Shown: positions 1-9,799 of the stretch, piece by piece
Layout of the letters: every line of letters starts with the position of its first letter
Position numbering within the stretch: the first letter of the stretch is position 1
Assembly (NCBI GenBank): GCA_963811105.1
Contig: CAWEPZ010000009.1
Coordinates: 160,001 to 224,000 of the forward strand
Origin: Candidatus Bathyarchaeota archaeon
GTDB taxonomy: Archaea; Thermoproteota; Bathyarchaeia; Bathyarchaeales; Bathycorpusculaceae
Direction: 5' to 3'
Length of the DNA: 64,000 bases
The notes under the pieces: generated by a model
Seen by the model: the letters and a program-made list of their open reading frames with translations, nothing else
What the model was told of the DNA's origin: nothing
The model's database searches: none
Program-made: the position numbers and the translations under genes

Positions 1-141
1 GTTTATGTAGGTGGTGGGGTTCGGGACATTACGGATTTATTAGAACTCGAGAGTCTAGGCGTTTCAGGCGTTTTGGTGGCATCCACTTTGCATTCTGGCA
101 AAATAACACTTGAAGCGTTAAGCAAAGCAAAACTGTCATAG
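1..141 (+). CDS. C-terminal end of HisA/HisF-like TIM-barrel protein (partial, runs off window)
   Basis: Frame 1 reads VYVGGGVRDITDLLELESLGVSGVLVASTLHSGKI...*; GGGVR and GxxGVLVAS are HisA/HisF phosphate-binding motifs. Confidence 0.8.
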   Translation, partial: VYVGGGVRDITDLLELESLGVSGVLVASTLHSGKITLEALSKAKLS

Positions 142-717
142 TTGCTCGTCTTCAGTTTTAACAGCTTTCTTGAACTTGATAACAAGAAAAACCACCGCAA
201 TCAGTACCGCAACAAATGCTAACCAGCAAATACCCCATAACTAAAAAATTATTTGTCAATCTATGAAAGCAGTTGAAATGCTGCCAAGAAAATTGCAGAG
301 ACAAGGTCCAGTTTGCTTCGAACAAATTCGTTGAGCTCGTCTATTATTTTTTGGCGGTCCTGTAAATGAGAAGCAGCACTGAAAAGAATAAAAGCAAAAC
401 TATCAGAACAGCCATGTTAACTCGCTCCTATAATTGCCAAATGTCAGAAGCAATCGGACCTAATCAACTATCAGCTCCGCCTACTCCGTAAAGAATGGAT
501 GCGGCAATGTTGATTTCTTTGTTATTGTAGATTATGCCCAACCAGCCTCTTAAAGCAAGGAGAACAATTTCAAACCAGAAGTGATGAATGTGAAGCCTTC
601 CGGCTATTAAGATCTGGCTGGATAAAAAGTAGTAAAGGTTTTTGCAATAACATACGCCAATATGAATGAGATTAGAGCCACGGCTGCAAGGTGAACTCTT
701 TGCTCAAAGTTGTTCAT
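142..717 (-). pseudogene. Degraded membrane protein with LHIHHFW motif
   Basis: Manual translation from ATG at 717: MNNFEQRVHLAAVALISFILAYVIAKTFTT..., then stops and frameshifts; IAGRLHIHHFWF and further hydrophobic pieces in other frames. Confidence 0.55.
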
Positions 718-793
718 GAAACGTCGCAAACAAACCAATCATTAAGAAAAACGGGTTGCACAAAATATCTTGCTAAACTTAATCCTGTTCTTG

Positions 794-1534
794 CTATTGT
801 ATTTTTGCCAAACAAACAATTCCGCCGAGTTGAGTAAGACGTTTGCCTGCATTTGATTCAGCATTTATCACTCTTGTTTTAACCCCGTTTTTCGCAGCAA
901 TCTGCATCAACCGATTCACTCTGTTCTTATTACGGCTACCCCCAAGATAATCGTTGGTCAGCAAGAGGTATTCTGGCTGCGGTTTTCCTGGTGATTGTTG
1001 GTTAAGAATCATATTTTCGGCTTCTTGCAGCGAAAAGAGCACCAAGTTATCAGTTTTGTTGAGACGTTTCTCGAGGATTTCAAGGAGGTTCTCAGTTTCC
1101 TCAGTAGCGTTTTCTTGGATTAACTGCTTGAAGGTTGATGTCTTTGTAAGGGCTGCAACTTGAGGTGACGTATTTATACTGCCAGTTATCATAGAGAAAG
1201 TTGTTTTGTTTGTTCCTTGAAAAAGCCATGCATGATGCCCCTTTAGGTGGTTGAGAAATTCTTGTGCAAAGTTAGTTCTGGGTGGTGAAGCAACAACTAT
1301 GCTTCTTACGCCTTCTTTGAGTGTCGGTCTAAGAGCGTTAACGATTATTTCGTGAAAGTTGTAGGTTGCTTTAGAGTCTTTTCTTTCACCGTTTAAGTCT
1401 ATGGTTTGTTGGTGTTTGACGACTTGGCTGAAAATCTGCCATAGAGTAACGTGTTCCTGTTCAATTCCTACAAGGATTGCAACTGGGTACCCGCGTCTGT
1501 AAGCTTTCGGAGCCATTTTTATTCCCATATTCAT
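794..1534 (-). CDS. aRF1/pelota-family paralog with M and C domains only (no N-domain, no GGQ)
   Basis: C-terminus VINAESNAGKRLTQLGGIVCL parallels pelota VISTEHEAGSKLLALSGIAAL in this window; IVVASP...FAQEF matches pelota IIVIGAGFIKNDF. Confidence 0.75.
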   Translation of the reverse strand: MNMGIKMAPKAYRRGYPVAILVGIEQEHVTLWQIFSQVVKHQQTIDLNGERKDSKATYNFHEIIVNALRPTLKEGVRSIVVASPPRTNFAQEFLNHLKGHHAWLFQGTNKTTFSMITGSINTSPQVAALTKTSTFKQLIQENATEETENLLEILEKRLNKTDNLVLFSLQEAENMILNQQSPGKPQPEYLLLTNDYLGGSRNKNRVNRLMQIAAKNGVKTRVINAESNAGKRLTQLGGIVCLAKIQ

Positions 1535-1642
1535 CTGACGTTTACGGTATTTAGGTTGTTGCTTAACTTTTTAGTTTCTTGCTTAGAAGATTAGAAACGA
1601 CATGTTTATGAATGGCGCAAAACCGATTTTAATTGATATATT

Positions 1643-1972
1643 ATGATTACAGTTGACAAAAAAGAAGATTTGGATACATTGCTATCCAAAAATGAAACAG
1701 TGCTGGCTTTGTTTTATGGTTCATGGTGCCCCTATTGCATAAACTTTGTTCCAGCATTCGACCAAAAAACCGCTAATTTCGCTTTTGGAAAAGTTTTACA
1801 CGTTCTCCTAGATGACAATGACAATTCCTTATGGGATGATTATTCAATTGAAGCGGTTCCAACCGTAATATTTTTTGAAAATGGCCACGTTAACAAACGG
1901 TTGGATGGAAAAATTGGCAGAGGCTTAAACGAAAAACAACTTGACATCTGGCTGCAAAACTTTAAGGTTTAG
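1643..1972 (+). CDS. Thioredoxin family protein
   Basis: WCPYC active site, cis-Pro VPT motif, 109 aa. Confidence 0.9.
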   Translation: MITVDKKEDLDTLLSKNETVLALFYGSWCPYCINFVPAFDQKTANFAFGKVLHVLLDDNDNSLWDDYSIEAVPTVIFFENGHVNKRLDGKIGRGLNEKQLDIWLQNFKV

Positions 1973-2045
1973 TAGTTCAAAACAATAAAGAATGGATATC
2001 AAAAGGATTCTCGACTTTAAAAAAAGAAAAAGGGAAAGGAACTTT

Positions 2046-2576
2046 TTAACTTGGCGGCGGTGGTGGCGGCGGTGGCGTTGAATATAAAGGCTCGTTTAAT
2101 GAGATTGGTGCTTTTCCCGCTTGGACGACCGTAGTTCCTGCCCAGCGGTCTGTCAGTTTTTGGCGTTTGTCAGGTCCAGCAGTCAAAATTGCTATTAACC
2201 AGTCTAGAAACACTAAGAGTGGGTTAATTTTGCTGATATTTCGGATGAATGATTGGCCATATGCTATTCTAGCGCCTTTCACTGTTTGAACTTGTAAGCC
2301 CATGACTCTTTTCCCTATCGTTGCACCCCAAATAACGTCTAATACAATGAAGTACAGTATCGAAAGCAGTCCAAAAAGTCCAAAAGTAAGCCAAATTCCA
2401 CCGTAGAAAAACAAGCCGCCTGAAGCAATCACTGATACAGCAGCTATTATCGCTACTATAATGCCTAGTATGACTGTTGCTACAAAGATTATTACGCCAT
2501 CAATGATGTATGCGATTAGCCTTATTAGCCAAAGTGAGAAATCAAGCTGTCCACTGCTACTACTATTGGATGTCAT
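2046..2576 (-). CDS. RDD family membrane protein with Pro-rich tail
   Basis: RLIAYIID, GATIGKRVMGL, RQKLTDRWAGT motifs. Confidence 0.9.
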   Translation of the reverse strand: MTSNSSSSGQLDFSLWLIRLIAYIIDGVIIFVATVILGIIVAIIAAVSVIASGGLFFYGGIWLTFGLFGLLSILYFIVLDVIWGATIGKRVMGLQVQTVKGARIAYGQSFIRNISKINPLLVFLDWLIAILTAGPDKRQKLTDRWAGTTVVQAGKAPISLNEPLYSTPPPPPPPPS

Positions 2577-2660
2577 TCTGTAAAACCTCTAATAAAATGA
2601 TGCAGGAGGCATTATTATCGTTTTCTATCAAGCAATAGAGCGGAAGAATGGTAGAGCGAA

Positions 2661-3311
2661 TTAGGGTTTAAAACCGACAAGAAGTGCTATCTCCAGCCAT
2701 TTCCAATAGCAATCTACATCGATGAAGCCTATTTGTCTTAGCCACTTTAGCTGCGTTTCAACATCCAAAAGCTTATTCGAAGGATCTTCTGTCTGCGGAG
2801 TAAAACCCGTCACCGCCAAAAACTTGAGATGAACATTCTGTGTGGGCGAAGAAACATGTTCGAGATTGCAGAAGACGCCCTTGGGATTCAACAGGCTGAA
2901 AACTTCTTTGTATAACTGTTTCTTTCGCAGATGCGTCAGATGATGAATAGCCAAGCTTGAAACAACAGCATCAAAACATCCTAGTCGCTTTGCTGGCAAC
3001 GGAAAATTAAAATCATGTTCTACCACCTGTACATATTTGTCATTTGCAAATCGTTTTCGGGCATGCTCAAGCATAATCTTCGAAAAATCCAGCGCAACTC
3101 CTTCAGCATCCGGCTTGTTTAGTTTAACCAGCGACAACAGTCTCCCATCGCCTGTTCCCAAGTCCAAAATCCGCTTTGCATGTACTGGAATTTGATCCAA
3201 TAGAACTCGCTCGCCTTCGGTTCTATGTGGAAGTTTATCTGCTCTTGCTAAATATGCCAATGCATGGTCAATTGTTTGCCATTCGCTTAGCGGTTCACCG
3301 TTTTGATACAA
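2661..3311 (-). CDS. Class I SAM-dependent methyltransferase
   Basis: ILDLGTGDG motif I; [13 protein letters not shown]; LNPKGVF. Confidence 0.9.
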   Translation of the reverse strand: MYQNGEPLSEWQTIDHALAYLARADKLPHRTEGERVLLDQIPVHAKRILDLGTGDGRLLSLVKLNKPDAEGVALDFSKIMLEHARKRFANDKYVQVVEHDFNFPLPAKRLGCFDAVVSSLAIHHLTHLRKKQLYKEVFSLLNPKGVFCNLEHVSSPTQNVHLKFLAVTGFTPQTEDPSNKLLDVETQLKWLRQIGFIDVDCYWKWLEIALLVGFKP

Positions 3312-3453
3312 TATTCATCCTCTTTTGCTTTTATTGGAATTAGTGTGTTAATGAACTTTTTTACGTTAAAACTGGAATTTGTTGAAATTATTAAATAACA
3401 CTTATATCTTTATATCGGCTTTCATTGAAGAAATAAAACGAGGATTCTAATTT

Positions 3454-3795
3454 ATGGAATTTTGTCCAGAGTGCGGTTGTCGTCTTGAACCTAAAAAAAA
3501 TAAGGACGCCGTTATGCTCGCTTGTTCAAAATGTAGTTATACTAAGCAGGCTCCAAGCAATAGGTCTCAGGCTAAGGTAGTTAGGTTTATTCAGCCTACG
3601 TCACAGCCATTTATGACAATTATTTCTGAAGACGAACAAAAAATCAAGACGATGCCAACCATTCGCATGAAATGTGAGAAATGCGAAAACAACATGGTTT
3701 ATGTTTGGCAGGTGCAGACCCGCGGTGGCGATGAAGCTTCGACGCAATTTATGCGATGTACAAAATGCGGTCATACCTTTAGAGAGTATTCTTAG
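3454..3795 (+). CDS. tfs: Transcription elongation factor TFS (RpoM/TFIIS-like)
   Basis: N-terminal FCPECG zinc ribbon; C-terminal ribbon with QTRGGDE acidic hairpin and CTKCGHTFRE. Confidence 0.92.
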   Translation: MEFCPECGCRLEPKKNKDAVMLACSKCSYTKQAPSNRSQAKVVRFIQPTSQPFMTIISEDEQKIKTMPTIRMKCEKCENNMVYVWQVQTRGGDEASTQFMRCTKCGHTFREYS

Positions 3796-3937
3796 CAAGA
3801 ATTAAGCAGTTTGTTTTAAAGGTCTCTTTTTTCCCATAAGCGCTAAATTTTAGAGAGACCCTTTTATTGGAAAGTCTTTAATATAAAAAAATAACACATG
3901 TTAGAACCATTTCATATGACTTAAGGAGAAAGAAAAA

Positions 3938-6682
3938 ATGCAAATTTCGGGAAAAAATATTTTCGCAACCGCTCTTATTATGTTGATGTTTTCTTCTGTA
4001 ATCATTGGATTACAAGGACCTTTAGTGAATGCAGCAGCAACTTATCCGCCGCAACAAAGTGGTTCAATTGACCTTCCTTCAGGTGTAACACCAGACATGA
4101 CTGTTCAACCGACACTGGGTTTAAGCTTTAGACCAAACCCTGTAGGTTTAGGACAAACTATACTAGTCAACATGTGGATGGAACCGCCAGTATCAGTAAC
4201 ACGATTTATCACTAAATACTTAGTCACCTTCCAAAAACCGGACGGCACCACAGACACGAAAACCGTCGCATCCTATCAGGGAGACAGCACTGCATGGCTC
4301 GAATATGTAGTTGATCAACTTGGTGTATGGAGAATTAAGTTTGACTTGCCAGGCGCCTACTTCCCAGCAGGGAACTATACAGTCGGTACGGGATCAAGCC
4401 AAACTGGATACAGCGAAGTCTTCACCAAATCTTTCTATTACGCACCAGCGACAACGGGCTGGCAAAACCTGACCGTGCAAAGTGATCCAATACTCTCCTG
4501 GCCGCCAGCAGCATTGCCAACAAGTGATTACTGGACAAGACCCGTAATGTACGAAAATAGAGAATGGGCTACAATCGCAGGCGATTTTCCATGGCGAGGA
4601 CCAGCATCAGGCTTCACAACAGGAACACAACATTACCCACCATTACCATACTTCCCAGCTAACACAAATCCATATTGGAACACAGCATATCAATTAACTC
4701 CGTATGTTCAAGGACCAAATACTGCACACATAGCCTGGGAACGAGTCGGCGCAATCTCTGGCTTAATCGGCAGCGACTATGGAATTCAGGCTACAACTGG
4801 CGCTGGAGGCGGACCTAACATTGTCTACCAAGGCAGAGCTTACCAAAGTGTCTCAGGCGTGAGTCAAACCGGTACAGGGAGCCAAAACTACTGGCAATGC
4901 TACGATATACGAACGGGATCAATTTACTGGCAAAGACCAATTTACACAGGCGAATCAGCACCGGCACAAATTGAATACTATCAGGGTTCTCCATCGGTTC
5001 CAGGCGAAACTGATACAGCATGGACAGTTTCTCTTGTTGCTATAAATACTGGATCTTCTAGTGCAGGTGGAACGCTTGTCAAATATTCACCGCTCACAGG
5101 AGCAGTCACAACTAACGTTAGCATACCATACTTCCTTTCAAGCACTTACATTATGAACTGCTATGTCTTGAGCATTCAACAAGTTAATACCACAGGGGGC
5201 GTTGACAAAACTGATCCATACATGGCGGGCCAATATTGCTTGATCAATTGGACAACCGGCGGAAGCAGCACAAACTTTGCATCCAGAATAATGAGCAACA
5301 TTACATGGCCAAGGGCTGATCTATCAGGAACAGGCGGTGGACAAGGAACCGCTTATGACCTTCAAACAAGTATGACCTTCATTATTAGAGAAGCAAACTT
5401 CTTTGACTTAGCCAATATGGGTTATCCGTACGTTGACGTTGCAAACACAAACACAAATTTCACTGTGTCATATCCAGCAACATCTGATAATGCTTCTGGA
5501 ATTAGGCTTGGAACGCGAATAATGGCAATCAATCTGGTTACAGGCAAGATTGCTTGGGACAAGACGCTGTATGACAATAATGATCCTAAATCAGTTACTA
5601 TGTACAGTGGAGTCGATGATGTTGCAGATCATGGAAAACTAGCTGTATTAATGAGAGATGGAACCTTTGACATCTTTGACCAAGCCACAGGAAACATGCT
5701 ATTCAAAACATCGCCTCCAATGGGCTATCCATGGGACTCATTTGGATTTGGAGCATATGCTATAGCCTCAGGTTACGGATTGCTCTATCGATTCGGCTAC
5801 GGCGGCATCTACGCATTCGACTGGAACACAGGCAAAACAGTCTGGGAATACACTGCTCCAGCAAGAGCAGGATATGAAAGCGCCTATTCAGATGCAAACG
5901 GTACTAGCGTGTATTCATGGAACGGTGGTGGCATTCTAGCCGATGGAAAACTCTACATCTACAACACAGAACACACCCCAACACCACCAATCACAAGAGG
6001 ATGGTCAGTACATTGTATTAACGCCACAACAGGACAGGGCATATGGAACATAACAACCCCAGGCGGAATTAGTGCAGTTGCAGACGGCTATATCTCTGTG
6101 TCAGCCACTGATGGAATTCAATATGTTTTCGGGAAAGGCTTAAGCAAGACAACAGTGACAGCCCCAGAAACTTCTGTGCCAACCGGATCCGGCGTTCTAA
6201 TACAGGGTACAGTTCTCGATCAATCTCCAGCACAGCCAGGAACACCATGCGTCTCAGCAGGTTCAATGCGAACATGGATGGAATATCTCCACAAAGCTCA
6301 GCCAATTGACGGAATATGGCACAATGAAACCGTAACTGGAGTACCAGTGAAGATATTAGCCTTAGATCCAAACGGGAATGTTGAAGACTTAGGTACCGTG
6401 ACAAGCGACATGAGCGGCAAATACCAACTATCGTTCACTCCACCAGTATCAGGAACATACAAGATAACAGCTACCTTTGCCGGCGATGGCTCATACGGCA
6501 GCTCGTGGGATGAAACAGGATTAATCGTAAGTGCAGCCTCAGCTTCTTCACCGACACCAATAACGAACATAAATATGGGTGACTTCACAGCCCCAGTTGC
6601 AACATATATTGCATTAGGCGTAGTTGCAATCATAATTGCAATCGCAATAGTTGGCTTACTACTCCTTAGAAAGCGAGCTTAA
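3938..6682 (+). CDS. Membrane-anchored surface protein with PQQ-like beta-propeller repeats
   Basis: Signal peptide; repeats like YAFDWNTGKTVW and CINATTGQGIW; Ig-like C-domain; S/T/P linker, TM helix and RKR tail. Confidence 0.8.
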   Translation: MQISGKNIFATALIMLMFSSVIIGLQGPLVNAAATYPPQQSGSIDLPSGVTPDMTVQPTLGLSFRPNPVGLGQTILVNMWMEPPVSVTRFITKYLVTFQKPDGTTDTKTVASYQGDSTAWLEYVVDQLGVWRIKFDLPGAYFPAGNYTVGTGSSQTGYSEVFTKSFYYAPATTGWQNLTVQSDPILSWPPAALPTSDYWTRPVMYENREWATIAGDFPWRGPASGFTTGTQHYPPLPYFPANTNPYWNTAYQLTPYVQGPNTAHIAWERVGAISGLIGSDYGIQATTGAGGGPNIVYQGRAYQSVSGVSQTGTGSQNYWQCYDIRTGSIYWQRPIYTGESAPAQIEYYQGSPSVPGETDTAWTVSLVAINTGSSSAGGTLVKYSPLTGAVTTNVSIPYFLSSTYIMNCYVLSIQQVNTTGGVDKTDPYMAGQYCLINWTTGGSSTNFASRIMSNITWPRADLSGTGGGQGTAYDLQTSMTFIIREANFFDLANMGYPYVDVANTNTNFTVSYPATSDNASGIRLGTRIMAINLVTGKIAWDKTLYDNNDPKSVTMYSGVDDVADHGKLAVLMRDGTFDIFDQATGNMLFKTSPPMGYPWDSFGFGAYAIASGYGLLYRFGYGGIYAFDWNTGKTVWEYTAPARAGYESAYSDANGTSVYSWNGGGILADGKLYIYNTEHTPTPPITRGWSVHCINATTGQGIWNITTPGGISAVADGYISVSATDGIQYVFGKGLSKTTVTAPETSVPTGSGVLIQGTVLDQSPAQPGTPCVSAGSMRTWMEYLHKAQPIDGIWHNETVTGVPVKILALDPNGNVEDLGTVTSDMSGKYQLSFTPPVSGTYKITATFAGDGSYGSSWDETGLIVSAASASSPTPITNINMGDFTAPVATYIALGVVAIIIAIAIVGLLLLRKRA

Positions 6683-6828
6683 ACCACTGAAGCGAAAAAA
6701 CAATCTTCCTTTTTCTATTTTTTCTTCAAGCTTCCCAAATGGAATTAATATTTTCAGTCAACTTACAGTTGCTTATTCGAAAGTTATTAAAGCTATGATA
6801 ACTATAGATTAAACCTCGGAGAATAATA

Positions 6829-6921
6829 ATGCCGAAAAAAGAAAAACCATTAACCAAAAAAGAAAGAGACGAGAAAAGAAAAGCAAAAAAGCAAAAGCAG
6901 AGCAAAACACAGACCTCTTAA
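6829..6921 (+). CDS. Putative 30-aa lysine-rich microprotein
   Basis: MPKKEKPLTKKERDEKRKAKKQKQSKTQTS*; GGAG at 6818-6821 and TTATTAAA box near 6784. Confidence 0.5.
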   Translation: MPKKEKPLTKKERDEKRKAKKQKQSKTQTS

Positions 6922-7126
6922 AATTTTAGAGCCTATCTTGCTCCTGCTTCACCCTTTATAGTTTTTTCAGCTTTTTTATCTTACACTAAACAAATAATGA
7001 GTTTTAAGAAACATGCGCTTAGAAAAAATAACTAAAATATTTGTTATTTAGAATTGAATTTAAAAAAGTTTAAGAGAAAAAATTGAAACAAAAAATTTTG
7101 GATTAAAAAAATAGAATTGGACGAAT

Positions 7127-9061
7127 TTAGGGAATATTGATTGTTCTTGTGTTGTAGTTTCTCAGGTAGGCTTGGTGTTCGGCGTCGTAGGGGTAGCTTT
7201 CCTTTGAGGGATATGGGAAGCTTGTCATTGCTTGAAACGGAAGAGGATTAACTGTTAAAGGCACGTAAGGCAGACCATTTCCTTTGAAGACGCAGTTTGC
7301 CACTAAGAAGTAGTCTCGCACCCAGCCGTTTGGAACAGGTTTTTGGTCTGCTGGAAACTTCAATGTAACAAAGTCTCCTTCTCGCCCTATAACGAATTTA
7401 TCATCCGCATTCTGCAATAGAGTTGTTACGTCTCCATATTTTGTGAAAGCTCCACTAGAATTTGAGTCAGATGTGAATGCTTGTTGTAAGTCTGCGGAAG
7501 ATGGCTGTACTGTTTGAACAATCACGTTTTGCTGCGGTGTGGTGTCTACTCCTATATAATCAAATTGAATGTTTTGGTAAGTGTTGATTCTTATTTCGTA
7601 GTCATTGGTTTTGAACAAACCTGTTAAGTTGACCACAAATGTGTTATCCGTTACATCAGGCAGAGGAAATTGTCGATCATTGGGTACTCGAATCCAGCTG
7701 CCATTCTGTGCTTTGACTTCCATGTATGGCGGCGGAGAAGGCATAACTCCAGGTTGACTGGCGTACTTCAAAAAGTTGTTACCACCAGCTTTGGTGGTTG
7801 GCCAGGTTATTTTGCCTTCAACTACTAAGTTGATTTCTTTCGCACCCGATAGGTTGCCAAGATCAAGCGTTATGTTGTTCCATGACCAAGTTGATCCGGT
7901 TGTGAAGAGTCCATCAGGTTTGGAAATTTGTGACAAAACGTTTTGTCCTTTTCCATCTACCGCTGATATAGGTGTGTATGGATTTTTACTTACTGTGTAA
8001 ATTGTGCCTTGACCTGTGAGGTTATACAGGAATGTGCTTGTTGTTGAAAATACATCTGTATTTGCAGGGTGATCTACAGCGATTATTTTGGCTGAGTCAA
8101 GGTAGAAAATTTCGTTTGCGATTTCATCGATTTTTATGGAGTACATGCCGTTTACGGGTTGAAGCTGAGTTGAGTCCATTTTTATGTAATCGTATGGGTA
8201 ATTGTAAGAGTAAACTGCTGTACCGTCAGGATTAAAATATTCTAGGTACCCAAGCCACCCTGAGCCATCTGACACATCTGCGACGTAGCCGTAGCCTGTT
8301 CCGTTCCAACTGTATAGTGACGGGCATGAGCCCATGTGAGTGTAAGTTGCAACCAGATAAATCTCAGACTGCACATCTACGACTTTATTAGGGTTAGTGC
8401 TTCCATCGCTCCAGCTAACAAAGTCGAATGGAGCAAGAACCCGCCCCGGCATGAGAAGATTAATTGTGCTGGGAGTCTGAACGTTATGTGTACCAATATC
8501 AACAAGTTCTGAGTATGGTGAAAGGTGAGAGACCCCATCTAATGTGAACGATATTCCAGCTTCATTAGAAAGGTAGTGTAACGTGTGTTTACCTGTTTGA
8601 ACAATTTTGATATCCTCGGATAACCCACCGACAGAAACTGAATAAGTTCCAATATTAGTTTCAGTAATTGTTGCAGTCACTTTTTCAGAAGCGCCGATTG
8701 CAAGCTGTACTAGAACACTTTGGATAACTTCGCTGTTTACTTCGACTGGCAGTGAATAGCTGATGTTTTCACTTCCAGTGTTCCTCGCAATGACTGAAAC
8801 GTTGATTAGTTGTCCGGACCAGGCTTCCAACGGGTCTATGAAAATTTGAGATAAACTTAACGCAGTTGGCAAGGGAGGGGGTATTCCTGATGATGAAGGT
8901 GAAGGAGTCACCGAAGGTGTAGGCGTTGGATTTGGTTGGGTCGGTGCGTATGAGCCATAATAATAGCTAATGAAAGCTATAGATGAGATAATTATTACAA
9001 TTAAAATGATGATAGTTTGCATCTTGCTAATTGCAGTGCGCGAAAAAAATAATTTGTACAT
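7127..9061 (-). CDS. Secreted/anchored protein: CARDB-like Ig domain plus uncharacterised SCPxLYxWNG module
   Basis: N-terminal TM, Pro/Thr linker, VSVIARNTG CARDB-like motif, then SCPSLYSWNG...AVDHP...TKYGDV...PLPF..M..FPY...YNTR. Confidence 0.7.
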   Translation of the reverse strand: MYKLFFSRTAISKMQTIIILIVIIISSIAFISYYYGSYAPTQPNPTPTPSVTPSPSSSGIPPPLPTALSLSQIFIDPLEAWSGQLINVSVIARNTGSENISYSLPVEVNSEVIQSVLVQLAIGASEKVTATITETNIGTYSVSVGGLSEDIKIVQTGKHTLHYLSNEAGISFTLDGVSHLSPYSELVDIGTHNVQTPSTINLLMPGRVLAPFDFVSWSDGSTNPNKVVDVQSEIYLVATYTHMGSCPSLYSWNGTGYGYVADVSDGSGWLGYLEYFNPDGTAVYSYNYPYDYIKMDSTQLQPVNGMYSIKIDEIANEIFYLDSAKIIAVDHPANTDVFSTTSTFLYNLTGQGTIYTVSKNPYTPISAVDGKGQNVLSQISKPDGLFTTGSTWSWNNITLDLGNLSGAKEINLVVEGKITWPTTKAGGNNFLKYASQPGVMPSPPPYMEVKAQNGSWIRVPNDRQFPLPDVTDNTFVVNLTGLFKTNDYEIRINTYQNIQFDYIGVDTTPQQNVIVQTVQPSSADLQQAFTSDSNSSGAFTKYGDVTTLLQNADDKFVIGREGDFVTLKFPADQKPVPNGWVRDYFLVANCVFKGNGLPYVPLTVNPLPFQAMTSFPYPSKESYPYDAEHQAYLRNYNTRTINIP

Positions 9062-9211
9062 TGCTTAATGATGAATGAATATTCTTTTAAACCCTACTAT
9101 TTTTAGTCAAAATTGTTATTGCTGCCGCAAAAGGCAGTTGAATCATCTGGCATTTGTGCGTAGGGTTATTATCTTGCTAGGAAATTTAGTTTTTTGAAAG
9201 TGCACTGTAAT

Positions 9212-9304
9212 GCGCCGATGATGACAATTGCACGAAAGTATTGGAGTTTCAGGTTATCTGTCTCCGAAAGTGACTGAAAACACAATTCGGTATTTCTGAG
9301 GCGC
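9212..9304 (+). ncRNA. Candidate box C/D sRNA
   Basis: Terminal stem GCGCC/GGCGC enclosing box C GATGATGA (9217-9224) and box D CTGA (9296-9299); internal CCGA and TGACTGA resemble D' and C'. Confidence 0.65.
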
Positions 9305-9354
9305 TAATCACCTTCATCTGATGATAATGTTAATTAAGAATCAACCAGACCGTA

Positions 9355-9675
9355 TTGCCTCAGGTTGTTATGTCTAAGACTGCTCCATTCTGGTTTATTC
9401 GAGACGGCGAAAAACTTATTCAATGTACCAAAGAAGCTTTTGATAAAGCGATAGTTGAAGGAAAAAGCATAAAATACCGCGGTTACCAAAATAAGAAAGC
9501 TGAACGCATAGCGGATGAGTTGGAAACGTCAAGAATGACATTTCTTGCCGACCCTAATTTATCTCCGAAATTTCGGGTGGTTATAACAAATCCCAGAAAT
9601 GTTGTTGAGGTTCAGGTTGTTTTGGTTGATGATCCACAGTTTTGGATAAGAGAATCCAAGCGACCAAAATATTAG
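9355..9675 (+). CDS. Hypothetical protein
   Basis: 106-aa ORF with protein-like composition; start may be ATG at 9370. Confidence 0.55.
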   Translation: MPQVVMSKTAPFWFIRDGEKLIQCTKEAFDKAIVEGKSIKYRGYQNKKAERIADELETSRMTFLADPNLSPKFRVVITNPRNVVEVQVVLVDDPQFWIRESKRPKY

Positions 9676-9799
9676 AAGCGGCAAAAGTTTTCTTGGGTAG
9701 ATTTAGCATTCATTTTGAGCATTGTAAATTGTCTACCCAGTCGAGTATTAATTCAGAGCCTATTTAAAGCTCGTAGCAGAATTAAACAAGACCAACTCC

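Noticed and set aside
2053-2076. GGC/GGT trinucleotide run
   Set aside because: Encodes the poly-proline tail of the RDD protein
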